NCBI GenBank assembly: GCA_963668675.2
Contig: CAXXMB010000002.1
Location: forward strand, 2,432,001 to 2,496,000
DNA length: 64,000 nt
From: an uncultured Desulfatitalea sp.
GTDB lineage: Bacteria; Desulfobacterota; Desulfobacteria; Desulfobacterales; Desulfosarcinaceae
Direction: 5' to 3'
Shown here: in pieces, positions 18,487-28,396 of the stretch
Layout of the letters: each line of letters starts with the position of its first letter
Numbering within the stretch: the first letter of the stretch is position 1
The notes under the pieces: model-generated
The model's database searches: none
What the model was told of the DNA's origin: nothing
Seen by the model: the letters and a program-made list of their open reading frames with translations, nothing else
Translations under genes and position numbers: made by a program

Positions 18487-19182
18487 CTATTTCGCCTTTT
18501 GCAGATGGTCGAGGATGGCGGCCATGAGATCGTTGGACGGCGCAATGAGATCCGAGCGCTTTTGGATCGCCGTCCTGTTCTGGACGTAGGGTGCCTCGAT
18601 CAGTTCACCAGCGCAGTGGGCCATGATCTTCTCGATGCTCTCCGCCGTTGATTCCAGATGGAACTGCAGGCCCAGGGTGAAGGGTGGATAGAAAAAAGCC
18701 TGGTGTTGGCACGCTTCGCTCTGGGCAAGATGGAGGGCGTCGGCCGGAAGATCGAAGGTGTCGCCGTGCCAGTGAAAGGCATGAAAATGGTCGGGGAGGA
18801 GATCGGCAAGGCGGCTGTTTTCCGCAGCGGCAGACCTGGTGACCGGGTACCAGCCGATCTCTTTATGCCGGTTTTTGAAAACCCGGGCGCCCAACACATC
18901 GGCCAGAAGCTGGGCGCCCAGGCAGATGCCGAGGATCCGTTTGTTCTGCCCGAGGGCCTTTTCAATGAACTGTTTTTCGAGGTTCAGCCAGATGTGTTCG
19001 GAGGTGTCCTGCACCCCCATGGGGCCGCCGAGAATGGCCAGAAGGTCGAAGTGGTCCATTTCCGGAAGCGGTTCCCCTTCAAATAGGGCAGTACCCGTCA
19101 AGCCGTGGCCCTCTTTGCGTGCCCATTGACCAATGAATCCGGGGCCTTCGAAAGGTACGTGCTGAAGATAGTGAATTCGCAT
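18487..19182 (-). CDS. Class I glutamine amidotransferase (GMP-synthase-like)
   Basis: LGGPMG, LGICLGAQ, HWHGD and LQFHLE catalytic motifs. Confidence 0.88.
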   Translation of the reverse strand: MRIHYLQHVPFEGPGFIGQWARKEGHGLTGTALFEGEPLPEMDHFDLLAILGGPMGVQDTSEHIWLNLEKQFIEKALGQNKRILGICLGAQLLADVLGARVFKNRHKEIGWYPVTRSAAAENSRLADLLPDHFHAFHWHGDTFDLPADALHLAQSEACQHQAFFYPPFTLGLQFHLESTAESIEKIMAHCAGELIEAPYVQNRTAIQKRSDLIAPSNDLMAAILDHLQKAK

Positions 19183-19395
19183 GGCTGACCTCCTCATCCA
19201 CTGGGTCGGTTTTGCGTCTGCGCAGCCCTCATAAGATACCCGGGCGGGAATGTAAAGGGCTTGGTTTTATTTGCTATTGGCACATGATCGGAGCCGATCC
19301 GGCAGGCAAAAAGGTGCCCCAAGCTTTTTCCGTTGGACCCTGGTCCGTTATGTGGGGGCGATTGCGCCCTTCATGCGATCAGGCATGGGATCGTA

Positions 19396-19442
19396 GCACT
19401 ACATATTGTGATGTGAAACGAACAGCTTTCTATATATTGAAA
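19396..19442. promoter_or_regulatory. Tandem NrdR-box-like palindromes 31 bp apart
   Basis: GCACTACATATTGTGA (19396-19411) and TTTCTATATATTGAAA (19427-19442), compared with the consensus acaCwAtATaTwGtg. Confidence 0.6.
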
Positions 19443-19500
19443 AGGCGCATGTACCGGGGCTTGGAATTGCAATTTTAGCCCCCAGGGGTACCGAAATTTA

Positions 19501-19529
19501 TTGACAACATAAGAGTAGGGTGCTATTCA
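19501..19529 (+). promoter_or_regulatory. Putative sigma70 promoter of aprBA
   Basis: TTGACA-N17-TATTCA with an extended -10 TG. Confidence 0.55.
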
Positions 19530-19767
19530 TTTTATCTTGTTTTATCTATAAGCCGTTGATTTTATAAGTTATTTTTCGCCTCTTTGAGAAAAGTGATGCT
19601 TAAATTCCGTGAGAGCTTCAGTTTGCCTTATATATTAAGTCCGAGAATGATAATCATCGGACAACCAAAATGAAGGGGGGTGCAAGGAAAAGAGCGTACT
19701 GTTCCACATGTTTCAATTAGGAGTGGATTGGTTGAATTTTTTAAACCAAATTTAGGAGGTATATTAA

Positions 19768-20205
19768 ATGCCAAGTTTTGTTATTCAGGAAAAATGTGAC
19801 GGCTGCAAGGGTGGCGACAAGACCGCTTGCATGTACATTTGCCCCAACGACCTGATGGTCCTCGAACCCAACGCAATGAAGGCGTATAACCAAGAGCCGG
19901 ATCAGTGCTGGGAATGCTTCTCCTGCGTAAAAATTTGCCCCACCCAGGCCATCGAAGTGCGCGGCTATGCTGATTTCGTACCCCTGGGAAGCTCGATCAT
20001 GCCGATGATGGGTACCGAGGATGTGATGTGGACCTGTAAATTCCGTAACGGACTCATCAAACGCTTTAAGTTCCCCATCCGGACCACTCCCGAAGGTGCT
20101 GCCAATGCTTATGAAAGCCTGAAGGGCAATGATCTTGAAAGCCAACTGCTCTCCACCGAAGAGTCAGACGGTTACGCGATGCCCACACCTAAGGAGCTCG
20201 TATAA
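19768..20205 (+). CDS. aprB: Adenylylsulfate reductase beta subunit
   Basis: CDGCKGGDKTACMYICPND...CWECFSCVKICP, KRFKFPIRTT. Confidence 0.97.
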   Translation: MPSFVIQEKCDGCKGGDKTACMYICPNDLMVLEPNAMKAYNQEPDQCWECFSCVKICPTQAIEVRGYADFVPLGSSIMPMMGTEDVMWTCKFRNGLIKRFKFPIRTTPEGAANAYESLKGNDLESQLLSTEESDGYAMPTPKELV

Positions 20206-20265
20206 GGCGGCGATTTGAATCCATTGTACCATACACTTCGAATTATCTTTTAGGAGGTATAGATT

Positions 20266-22242
20266 ATGGCATTACCGAACAAACCTTTGGGTGAACTTAA
20301 GGCCGTGCGAGATCCTGAAGTTGTTGAAAAAGAAGTTGACGTCCTTATCGTTGGAGGCGGCATGGCCGCTTGTGGAGCCGCATTTGAAGTAAAAAAATGG
20401 TTGCAAGACGGCCAGACCGTCCTGCTGTGCGACAAGGCCGCCATGGAACGCTCCGGTGCCGTGGCACAGGGCCTGTCCGCTATTAATACCTATATTGGTG
20501 ATAACTCTCCGGAAGATTACGTTCGCATGGTGCGTAACGACCTGATGGGTCTCGTGCGCGAAGACCTGATCTATGATCTGGGTTGCCACGTGGACGATTC
20601 TGTCCATCTGTTCGAAGAGTGGGGCCTGCCGGTCTGGAAAAAAACCGACGACGGGAAAAACCTCGACGGTAAAAAAGGCCAGAAGCAAGGTACCCTGAAA
20701 GCTGGCGCCCAGCCGGTTCGCACCGGCAAATGGCAGATCATGATCAATGGTGAATCTTACAAACGCATCGTTGCTGAAGCTGCTAAAAAAGCCCTGGGTG
20801 ATGATAACATCATCGAGCGTTGCTTCATCGTCGAGCTGCTTCTGGATGCCAACAAGGCCAACACGATTGCCGGCGCCGTTGGTTTCTCCGTGCGTGAGAA
20901 CAAAGTCTACATCATCAAATGCAAAACCATGATGGTCGCCTGCGGCGGCGCGGTCAACATCTACCAGCCGCGTTCTGTCGGTGAGGGCAAAGGCCGTGCC
21001 TGGTATCCGGTATGGAATGCCGGTTCTACCTACACCATGTGCATGAAGGTCGGTGCCGAGCTGAGCATGATGGAAAACCGTTTCACCCCGGCCCGTTTTA
21101 AAGACGGTTACGGCCCGGTGGGTGCTTGGTTCCTTCTGTTCAAGGCCAAAACCCTCAACGGTCTGGGCGAAGCATTTGCCGGCAGCGACGCCGCCAAAGC
21201 CGAGCTGGAAAAATATGCACCTTACGGAACAGCCGCCATTACGCCGACCTGTCTGCGTAACCACCTGATGCTGTTCGAGATGAAAGAGGGCCGCGGCCCG
21301 ATCCTCATGGACACTGTCACTGCGCTGGCCGAACTTGGCAAGACCATGGACAAGAAAGAGCTCAAGCACCTCGAGTCCGAAGCTTGGGAAGACTTTCTGG
21401 ACATGACCTGTGGCCAGGCCAACCTGTGGTGTGCTCAGGACTGTGAACCGGAAAAGAAAAATTCCGAAGTTATGCCCACCGAACCATATCTGTTGGGCTC
21501 ACACTCCGGTTGCTGCGGTCTGTGGACCTCCGGTCCGGATCTGGATTGGATACCGGATGCCTACAAGATTAAAGCCGAAAACGGCAAAATCTACAACCGT
21601 ATGACCACGGTCAACGGTCTGTTCACTGCCGGCGACGGCGTCGGCTGCTCCGGTCACAAGTTCTCTTCGGGCTCCCATGCTGAAGGCCGTATGGCTGCCA
21701 AACAGATGGTGCGCTACGCCAAAGACAATGCGGATTTCGCACCGGCCCTGAAGCAGAGCAAAGACGAGTTGGTTGACCTGGTTTACAAACCGGTTCGCAC
21801 CTACCTTGATAACTGTGACTATACCACCGCCGCCGACATCAACCCCAATTACATCAAACCGAATGGTATGATGTATCGTCTGATGAAAGCCACCCACGAG
21901 TATGGTGCGGGTACTGCAACGTATTATCAGACCAGCAGCAAGATGCTGGAAACGGTAATGGATCTTCTGTCGACCATGCGCGAAGACTGCGAAAAGATGG
22001 CAGCCGGCGATCTGCATGAGCTGATGCGTGCTTGGGAGATCGAGCATCGCATCTGGACTGTGGAAGCGCATCTGCGTCACATCCAGTATCGTAAAGAGAC
22101 CCGCTATCCGGGCTTCTACTATCAAGCCGACTATCCCGGACAGGATGATGAGAACTGGTTCTGCTTTGTAAACTCGAAGTTTGATCCAGCGAAGAAGGAG
22201 TGGGATGTATTCAAAAAAGATTACATCAAAATCATCTCCTAA
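20266..22242 (+). CDS. aprA: Adenylylsulfate reductase alpha subunit
   Basis: GGGMAACG, RSGAVAQGLSAINTY, WQIMINGES, RAWYPVWNAGS and HKFSSGS motifs. Confidence 0.98.
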   Translation: MALPNKPLGELKAVRDPEVVEKEVDVLIVGGGMAACGAAFEVKKWLQDGQTVLLCDKAAMERSGAVAQGLSAINTYIGDNSPEDYVRMVRNDLMGLVREDLIYDLGCHVDDSVHLFEEWGLPVWKKTDDGKNLDGKKGQKQGTLKAGAQPVRTGKWQIMINGESYKRIVAEAAKKALGDDNIIERCFIVELLLDANKANTIAGAVGFSVRENKVYIIKCKTMMVACGGAVNIYQPRSVGEGKGRAWYPVWNAGSTYTMCMKVGAELSMMENRFTPARFKDGYGPVGAWFLLFKAKTLNGLGEAFAGSDAAKAELEKYAPYGTAAITPTCLRNHLMLFEMKEGRGPILMDTVTALAELGKTMDKKELKHLESEAWEDFLDMTCGQANLWCAQDCEPEKKNSEVMPTEPYLLGSHSGCCGLWTSGPDLDWIPDAYKIKAENGKIYNRMTTVNGLFTAGDGVGCSGHKFSSGSHAEGRMAAKQMVRYAKDNADFAPALKQSKDELVDLVYKPVRTYLDNCDYTTAADINPNYIKPNGMMYRLMKATHEYGAGTATYYQTSSKMLETVMDLLSTMREDCEKMAAGDLHELMRAWEIEHRIWTVEAHLRHIQYRKETRYPGFYYQADYPGQDDENWFCFVNSKFDPAKKEWDVFKKDYIKIIS

Positions 22243-22282
22243 TGGACGGTTGTCGGTTGTGCAATAAGTACTGACACATAAT

Positions 22283-22316
22283 ACCTCCAGGCGCCCTAGC
22301 GCGCCTGGAGGTTTTT
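22283..22316 (+). terminator. Intrinsic terminator after aprA
   Basis: ACCTCCAGGCGC-CCTAGC-GCGCCTGGAGGT followed by TTTT. Confidence 0.8.
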
Positions 22317-22630
22317 ATTAAGAGAACTTAATAAAGCCTGCCGTAGGATGAGTGGTGCAGGCGATATCCTTTTTGAATTTTTGTAGTTTCAATCAAAAGC
22401 GTGGCGGGCAATGGCGTGAAACCGCTGCTGAACCACGGAGCTGATTCCTGGAAATGGTCGGCGACGTGTTCCAAGGCTCAGCTAAGTGGTTCAGGATCCA
22501 AGGGTATCGCCTGTGGCCGCCGGGGGCGGCTGCAAAGAGCATAATTTCATTTCACGAAGCAGCCCTGCGGGTCTTCATACTCGATGAGTGGCATTGCTTC
22601 TGTCTAATCTAGAACGCACGGAGGGATAGT

Positions 22631-23908
22631 ATGACAAGCGAAAACACAGCCCCTGCGAGTGGAAGCATCGTTGTGGTCGGCGGTGGTATCAGCGGCCTGA
22701 CGACAGCTATCGAAGCTGCGGAAGTGGGGTACGAGGTCTACCTAGTGGAAAAAAATCCCTACTTGGGCGGACGCGTAGCCCAGTTGAACCAGTATTTTCC
22801 CAAATTGTGTCCGCCGTCTTGCGGCCTGGAGATTAATTTCCGCCGCATCAAGGACAATCCCCGCATCAAGGTGCTCACCTTGGCCGAGGTGGAAAAGGTG
22901 GAAGGCGAACCGGGTAGCTACAATGTGACCATTCAACTCAACCCCCGCTACGTCAACGAGAAGTGCACCTGCTGCGGTGAGTGTGCGGAAGCGTGTGACA
23001 CTGAAATCAGCGACGAGTTCAATTTCGGCATGAACACCAAAAAAGGGGCGTATCTGCCGTTCGAAATGGCGTTTCCGACCCGTTATGTTCTCTCGCCGCA
23101 AATTATTGGTACGGAAGCGGCCCAAAAGGCGAAGGCTGCCTGTAAATACGATGCCATCGATCTGGAGATGCAGGCCAAGTCCATGACCGTTCAGGCCGGC
23201 GCCATTGTGTGGGCCACCGGTTGGGAACCCTATGATGCGGCCAAGATCGACAATCTCGGGTTTGGGCAGTATGACAACATCATCACCAATATGATGATGG
23301 AGCGTCTGGCCGCTCCCAACGGGCCGACCAGAGGCAAAATCGTGCGGCCGTCGGATGACAAGGCGCCGGAAAGCATCGCCTTCGTGCAGTGCGCCGGTTC
23401 GCGGGATGAAAATCATCTGCCGTACTGCTCGTATATCTGCTGCATGGCGTCTCTCAAGCAGGCCACCTATGTGCGCGAGCGATATCCGGATGCCAATATC
23501 TACATCTTTTATATCGATCTTCGCGCTCCCGGCGATCGATACGAGAAATTCTACAAGATGATCAAAGAGGACGAAAAAGTCTTCTTCGTCAAGGGTAAGG
23601 TTGCGGAGGTGATGGAGGATCCCGCCACCAAACAGGTGACCGTTGTGGCGGAAAATGCCGTCACAGGTGAAAAGACCAGGCAAACTGTGGATCTGGTGGT
23701 CCTTGCCACCGGGATGCAACCCACGGCCGCGAGCGTCACACTGCCGGCGGACTTAAAGTTCAATGCCGATGGGTTCATTCTCAACGACTATGAAAAGGGC
23801 GGCATGTTCGCTGCAGGGTGTGCCAACAAACCTGCCGATGTGGTGTCATCCAACCAGAATGCGACCGGCATGGCCTTGAAGGCCATCCAAACCCTGGCAA
23901 GGAAGTAG
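22631..23908 (+). CDS. qmoA: QmoA (HdrA-like FAD/FeS subunit)
   Basis: GGGISG, YFPKLCPPSCGLE, QCAGSRD and YCSYICC motifs. Located after aprA. Confidence 0.95.
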   Translation: MTSENTAPASGSIVVVGGGISGLTTAIEAAEVGYEVYLVEKNPYLGGRVAQLNQYFPKLCPPSCGLEINFRRIKDNPRIKVLTLAEVEKVEGEPGSYNVTIQLNPRYVNEKCTCCGECAEACDTEISDEFNFGMNTKKGAYLPFEMAFPTRYVLSPQIIGTEAAQKAKAACKYDAIDLEMQAKSMTVQAGAIVWATGWEPYDAAKIDNLGFGQYDNIITNMMMERLAAPNGPTRGKIVRPSDDKAPESIAFVQCAGSRDENHLPYCSYICCMASLKQATYVRERYPDANIYIFYIDLRAPGDRYEKFYKMIKEDEKVFFVKGKVAEVMEDPATKQVTVVAENAVTGEKTRQTVDLVVLATGMQPTAASVTLPADLKFNADGFILNDYEKGGMFAAGCANKPADVVSSNQNATGMALKAIQTLARK

Positions 23909-23918
23909 GAGGCTATCC

Positions 23919-26255
23919 ATGGATAAGAAATATGGTGTTTATATTTGTGAAGGCTGCGGCATCGGCGACTCCCTGGATGTCGCCGCTCTGAAGAACGTGG
24001 CCGAAGAAGAAGGGCTTACCACTAAAACCCATCCCATTCTCTGCGGCGCAGAGGGGGTCGATTTCCTGAAAAAGGAGATCGAGGGCGGGGTCAACACCCT
24101 CGTTCTGTGTGCCTGCTCCCGACGCGTCAACTTCGACACCTTTCGGTTCGACGGCTGCATCGTGGATCGTGTCAACCTGCGCGAAGGCGTGGTGTGGTCC
24201 CATCCGCGGGATCAGTTCCCGGCCCTCACGGAAGAGGAGAAGGAAGACGAGGATAACTTCGATCGCGTTCAGATGATGGCCGAAGATTACCTCAAGATGG
24301 GGATGGCCCGGGTGGAAAAGGTCAATCTGCCCGAAGCCTATCAGATGGAGCAGTTTACCAACAAGATACTGGTCATTGGCGGCGGCATCACCGGTATGAG
24401 CGCGGCATTGGATGCGTCCAAAGCCGGCTATCCGGTGACGCTGGTGGAGAGAGAGGATGCGCTCGGTGGTGCGGCGCTCAATTGGCGCAGCCAGCTGCCC
24501 GTGGTCGATCCTTATGAGCAATTGATTCCGCCGGTCATCAATGAAAAGATCAAGGCGGTGCAGGCCGATTCCAACATAACGGTCAAGACCGGTACCGTGG
24601 TGGCCCGTATCGCCGGTCAACCCGGCGAGTTCACCGTGACGTTTAAAAAGCCGGGCGAGAAGATCAGCTTCGATGTTCCCTATCCTTTGCCTGAAGAGAT
24701 GAAGGTTGATGAGGCCGGCAAGGAGCTGGACGCCGAAACTCTCCACAAGAAATACCTGGAGTACAACGAAGGCCGCAAAGACATCCTCACCCTCGATCCC
24801 GACGGCGAACTGTTCGGTGCTGTCGTCCTGGCCGCCGGATGGCGCCCGGCAGATGTCACCAAAGAAGATTGCGCCCATCTGGGGTATGGCGAAATTCCCG
24901 ACGTGGTGACCAACGCCGAATTTGAAGCCATTGCCAAAAAGGGCAAAATCGCGCGCCCCTCGGATGGCAAAGAGGCCAAATCGGTCGTCTTTATTCAAAG
25001 CCCCGGCAAGGACGAGGACGACAGCGATTTCAGCTATGCCGGCGCAGTTACCAGTCTGGTGAGCCTGAAGCAGGCCAAGTATGTGCGTGACGATTACGAA
25101 GACGGCAAAGCGTTTGTCTTCTATCAGCACATGCGTACACCGGGATTGAACGAAAACTTCTACAAAAGCATTCAGCAGGATCCGGGTATTTTCCTCACCA
25201 AGGGCAATGTGCTAAGCATCACTAAGAACGGTGGAAGACTTATTGTGGACGCCAGCAACACCCTGCTTGGCGAGAAGCTCAAGGTGAAGGCCGACATGGT
25301 CGTTCTGGCCGCCGGAATGGTGCCGGCCACCAAGGATGATCCGGTTGTCAACCTGGCGTATCGTCAGGGCCCGGCCTTCCGGGATATCGGGCTGTTCAAT
25401 GGGTACTGTGACTCCAACTTTATCTGCTTCCCATACGAAACCCAGAGAACGGGTATTTATGCAGCGGGTGCCGTGCGTCGCAGCATGACTACGGAAGAGG
25501 CGATGGAAGATGCCACCGGTGCGGCCCTGAAGGCCATTCAGTGCATCGAGTCTTCCAACCGCGGTGTGTCGGTCCATCCGCGCTCCGGCGACATGACCTT
25601 CCCCGATTTCTTCTTCCAGCGCTGTACCCAGTGCAAACGCTGTACCGAGGAGTGCCCTTTCGGTGCCCTCGATGATGATGAGAAGGGAACCCCGAAGCCC
25701 AATCCGACCCGCTGCCGCCGCTGCGGTACCTGTATGGGTGCCTGCCCCGAACGCATCATCGGCTTTGCCGATTACAACATCGACAGCATCGGCTCGATGG
25801 TGAAATCCATCGGCGTGCCATCCGAGGACGACTACTCCGAACCGCCCATGCGCGTGCTAGGCCTGGTGTGTGAAAATGACGCCTATCCGACACTGGACAT
25901 TGCAGCCCTCAACCGTCTCTCTTACTCGGCTGACGTTCGTTTGATTCCGGTGCGCTGCCTCGGTTCCGTCAACGTGATCTGGATCAAGGACGCGCTCTCC
26001 CAAGGTATGGACGGCGTGTTCCTGCTCGGCTGCAAACATGGCGACGACTACCAGTGTCATTTTGTCAAAGGCAGCGAGCTGGCCGGCATCCGTATGAAGA
26101 AGATCGGTGACGCCCTGGCCAGTCTGGCATTGGAAGTGGAGCGTGTGGCCCAGTTTGAGATCGCCATCGACGAGTATGATAAGGCGCCTCAAATCATCAA
26201 CGAATTCGTCGAGTCCATTGAGGCATTGGGCCCCAACCCGTTCAAGGGTTTCTAG
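23919..26255 (+). CDS. qmoB: QmoB (HdrA-like with a C-terminal MvhD domain)
   Basis: CACSRRVN, SNFICFPYETQRTG, two ferredoxin motifs and GCKHGDDYQCHF. Confidence 0.95.
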   Translation: MDKKYGVYICEGCGIGDSLDVAALKNVAEEEGLTTKTHPILCGAEGVDFLKKEIEGGVNTLVLCACSRRVNFDTFRFDGCIVDRVNLREGVVWSHPRDQFPALTEEEKEDEDNFDRVQMMAEDYLKMGMARVEKVNLPEAYQMEQFTNKILVIGGGITGMSAALDASKAGYPVTLVEREDALGGAALNWRSQLPVVDPYEQLIPPVINEKIKAVQADSNITVKTGTVVARIAGQPGEFTVTFKKPGEKISFDVPYPLPEEMKVDEAGKELDAETLHKKYLEYNEGRKDILTLDPDGELFGAVVLAAGWRPADVTKEDCAHLGYGEIPDVVTNAEFEAIAKKGKIARPSDGKEAKSVVFIQSPGKDEDDSDFSYAGAVTSLVSLKQAKYVRDDYEDGKAFVFYQHMRTPGLNENFYKSIQQDPGIFLTKGNVLSITKNGGRLIVDASNTLLGEKLKVKADMVVLAAGMVPATKDDPVVNLAYRQGPAFRDIGLFNGYCDSNFICFPYETQRTGIYAAGAVRRSMTTEEAMEDATGAALKAIQCIESSNRGVSVHPRSGDMTFPDFFFQRCTQCKRCTEECPFGALDDDEKGTPKPNPTRCRRCGTCMGACPERIIGFADYNIDSIGSMVKSIGVPSEDDYSEPPMRVLGLVCENDAYPTLDIAALNRLSYSADVRLIPVRCLGSVNVIWIKDALSQGMDGVFLLGCKHGDDYQCHFVKGSELAGIRMKKIGDALASLALEVERVAQFEIAIDEYDKAPQIINEFVESIEALGPNPFKGF

Positions 26256-26321
26256 TCCGACGACCTGTGCAAAGGAAACCAACAGCGACCTGTTTGCTGT
26301 GACAATTCAGGAGGTAAGTGT

Positions 26322-27470
26322 ATGTCTGATTCCTATTTAGTCGAACCGGATGTCGGTTTCATCAAGGAGGTGAGCAAGCTCGGCGGCCAGGATCTGAAAA
26401 AGTGCTTCCAGTGCGCCACCTGTTCGGTTGCATGCCCCATCTCTCCGGACACCAAACCGTTTCCGCGTAAAGAGATGATAGCCGCTTCATGGGGCCTGAA
26501 AGACCGCCTTATCGGCAACGGCGATATCTGGCTGTGCCACAACTGCGGGGACTGTACGACGCTCTGCCCGCGGGGGGCCAAACCGGGTGACGTTTTAGCC
26601 GCCATACGGGCCTACGCGGTCACCGAATATGCCACCCCGAAGGTGCTGGGCAAAATGGTCAACGATCCCAGATCGCTCCCAATTCTGATGGCCATCCCGG
26701 CAGCCATTATTCTGGTGCTCGGCCTCATTTTTAACGCCTTTGGGCTCGATTGGCTCAACTTCGCCCCCACCGGAGACGAACTGTGGCAGGCGGACTACAT
26801 CAGCAACTACCTGGTGGACATCATCATGATCCCGACCTTCTTTGGTGCTGTCGGCGTCTTTGCCCTCGGCTTAAAACGCTTTATCGCCGATATGCATGCC
26901 AATGCGCTTTTGGAAGGTAAGACCACCAAAGAGAAGATCGAACCGGCCGGATTTGTCCAGGCCTTTATCAAGATCCTTCCGACGATTTTCAAACACAACC
27001 GCTTCAGCGAGTGCGGCGAAAACAAGGATCGTGCCACAGCGCATATGATGGTGCTGTATGGCTTCATCGGTCTGTTCATTGTGACCAACTGCTTTTTCAT
27101 CGCAGAGTGGGTTTTACACATCGAAGGTCCCTACAGCCAGATCAACCCGGTGAAATGGCTGGGCAATGCTGGTGGCATCGCCCTGCTGATCGGCGGTGGA
27201 TTGATGATCGCCAAGCGTCTGGGCCAGAAAGATCAGGTGACCAGCTATAAAGATTGGTATCTGCTCGGTCTGGTGATGCTGCTCGGCGGAACCGGCCTGT
27301 TGACCGAGATGCTGCGCCTGGGGCATTTGTATGGCTTTTCCGCTATTATTTACTTCCTCCATCTGATTTTTGTGTGGGCCCTGTTTGCATATACGCCATT
27401 CTCCAAATTGGCGCATCTGGTCTATCGCACGACGGCTATGGCCTATGAGGAATATTCCGGCCGCACCTAA
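26322..27470 (+). CDS. qmoC: QmoC (HdrC-like FeS domain plus membrane cytochrome b)
   Basis: CFQCATCSVACP, CHNCGDCTTLCPRG, TM helices and PFSKLAH. Confidence 0.95.
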   Translation: MSDSYLVEPDVGFIKEVSKLGGQDLKKCFQCATCSVACPISPDTKPFPRKEMIAASWGLKDRLIGNGDIWLCHNCGDCTTLCPRGAKPGDVLAAIRAYAVTEYATPKVLGKMVNDPRSLPILMAIPAAIILVLGLIFNAFGLDWLNFAPTGDELWQADYISNYLVDIIMIPTFFGAVGVFALGLKRFIADMHANALLEGKTTKEKIEPAGFVQAFIKILPTIFKHNRFSECGENKDRATAHMMVLYGFIGLFIVTNCFFIAEWVLHIEGPYSQINPVKWLGNAGGIALLIGGGLMIAKRLGQKDQVTSYKDWYLLGLVMLLGGTGLLTEMLRLGHLYGFSAIIYFLHLIFVWALFAYTPFSKLAHLVYRTTAMAYEEYSGRT

Positions 27471-27500
27471 TGTTCGCGGAGTGGAGGTTCGCATGTAAAC

Positions 27501-27543
27501 AAAAAGGGAGTTGATCGGCATGCCTGATCAGCTCCCTTTTTTT
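27501..27543 (+). terminator. Intrinsic terminator after qmoC
   Basis: AAAAAGGGAGTTGATC..GATCAGCTCCCTTTTTTT. Confidence 0.8.
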
Positions 27544-27774
27544 GAGCCGATGCGCTCTATTCTGAAATGGTTGCAGGTCTGAAAACGTTGCGTTTGGAGG
27601 TACAATTCGCGATTGCCGGCGGCCGCATGCAGCTGCCCGAAAAATTAAAGTGGCCGTTGTTTGGGAAGGCTTTTTCTTAAGGCGACATCGATAACCAAAC
27701 GTTGAATGCCGGCGTATGGTGTGACGACATCCGGATTATCCGGCGCAACGCTTAAGGTGGTAGAGGAGGTAACT

Positions 27775-28341
27775 ATGAAGAGTTATTTGGTTAAGGATTT
27801 GATGGTACCGCGAGAGGAATACGCGGTCATTTCCGAAGATGCAAACATATACGAAGCCGTAATGGCACTGGAAAAGACTCAGCAGGAGTATGATCAGACC
27901 AAGTACCGGCATCGTGCAGTACTGGTCGAGAACAAAGAGGGGCGGATCGTCGGAAAGCTTGGGCAAATCGATGTGCTGCGTGCATTGGAGCCCAAGTATG
28001 AAGATATGCAAACGGATACGCCCGGAATCGCGAAGTATGGGTTCAGCAGGAAGTTTCTGCTCTCCATGCTCGATACCTACAATCTTTTTGACAAACCGCT
28101 GGATGATATCTGCCAGAAGACCGGTTTGGAAAAGGTTGCTAAATATATGCATCGACCCACCGAGGGCGAATTCATCGAAGAAGATGCTTCCCTGGACAAA
28201 GCCATTCATCTGCTTGTGGTCGGCCATCATCAATCCCTCCTGGTCAAACGGGGCGAAAGGATTGCAGGATTGCTGAGATTGACTGACGTGTTTGCGGCTG
28301 TATTTCATGCCATGAAATCGTGTGCTTTCAGCAACGAATGA
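27775..28341 (+). CDS. CBS-domain protein (paralog 1)
   Basis: VKDLMVP...HRAVLV...GKL...DVL and SLLV...GLLRLTDVF. Preceded by a GAGGAGG RBS. Confidence 0.8.
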   Translation: MKSYLVKDLMVPREEYAVISEDANIYEAVMALEKTQQEYDQTKYRHRAVLVENKEGRIVGKLGQIDVLRALEPKYEDMQTDTPGIAKYGFSRKFLLSMLDTYNLFDKPLDDICQKTGLEKVAKYMHRPTEGEFIEEDASLDKAIHLLVVGHHQSLLVKRGERIAGLLRLTDVFAAVFHAMKSCAFSNE

Positions 28342-28396
28342 ATTCGTTAATATCTTGAAATGATAGATAAACCATTTTAGGACAGAAGGGGGAGGA

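Noticed and set aside
8683..26255. Selenocysteine (UGA read-through) in MvhD, HesB-like, QmoA or TusA proteins, prompted by the yedE cluster
   Set aside because: All are full-length ORFs with Cys at the relevant positions, so no in-frame TGA is needed.
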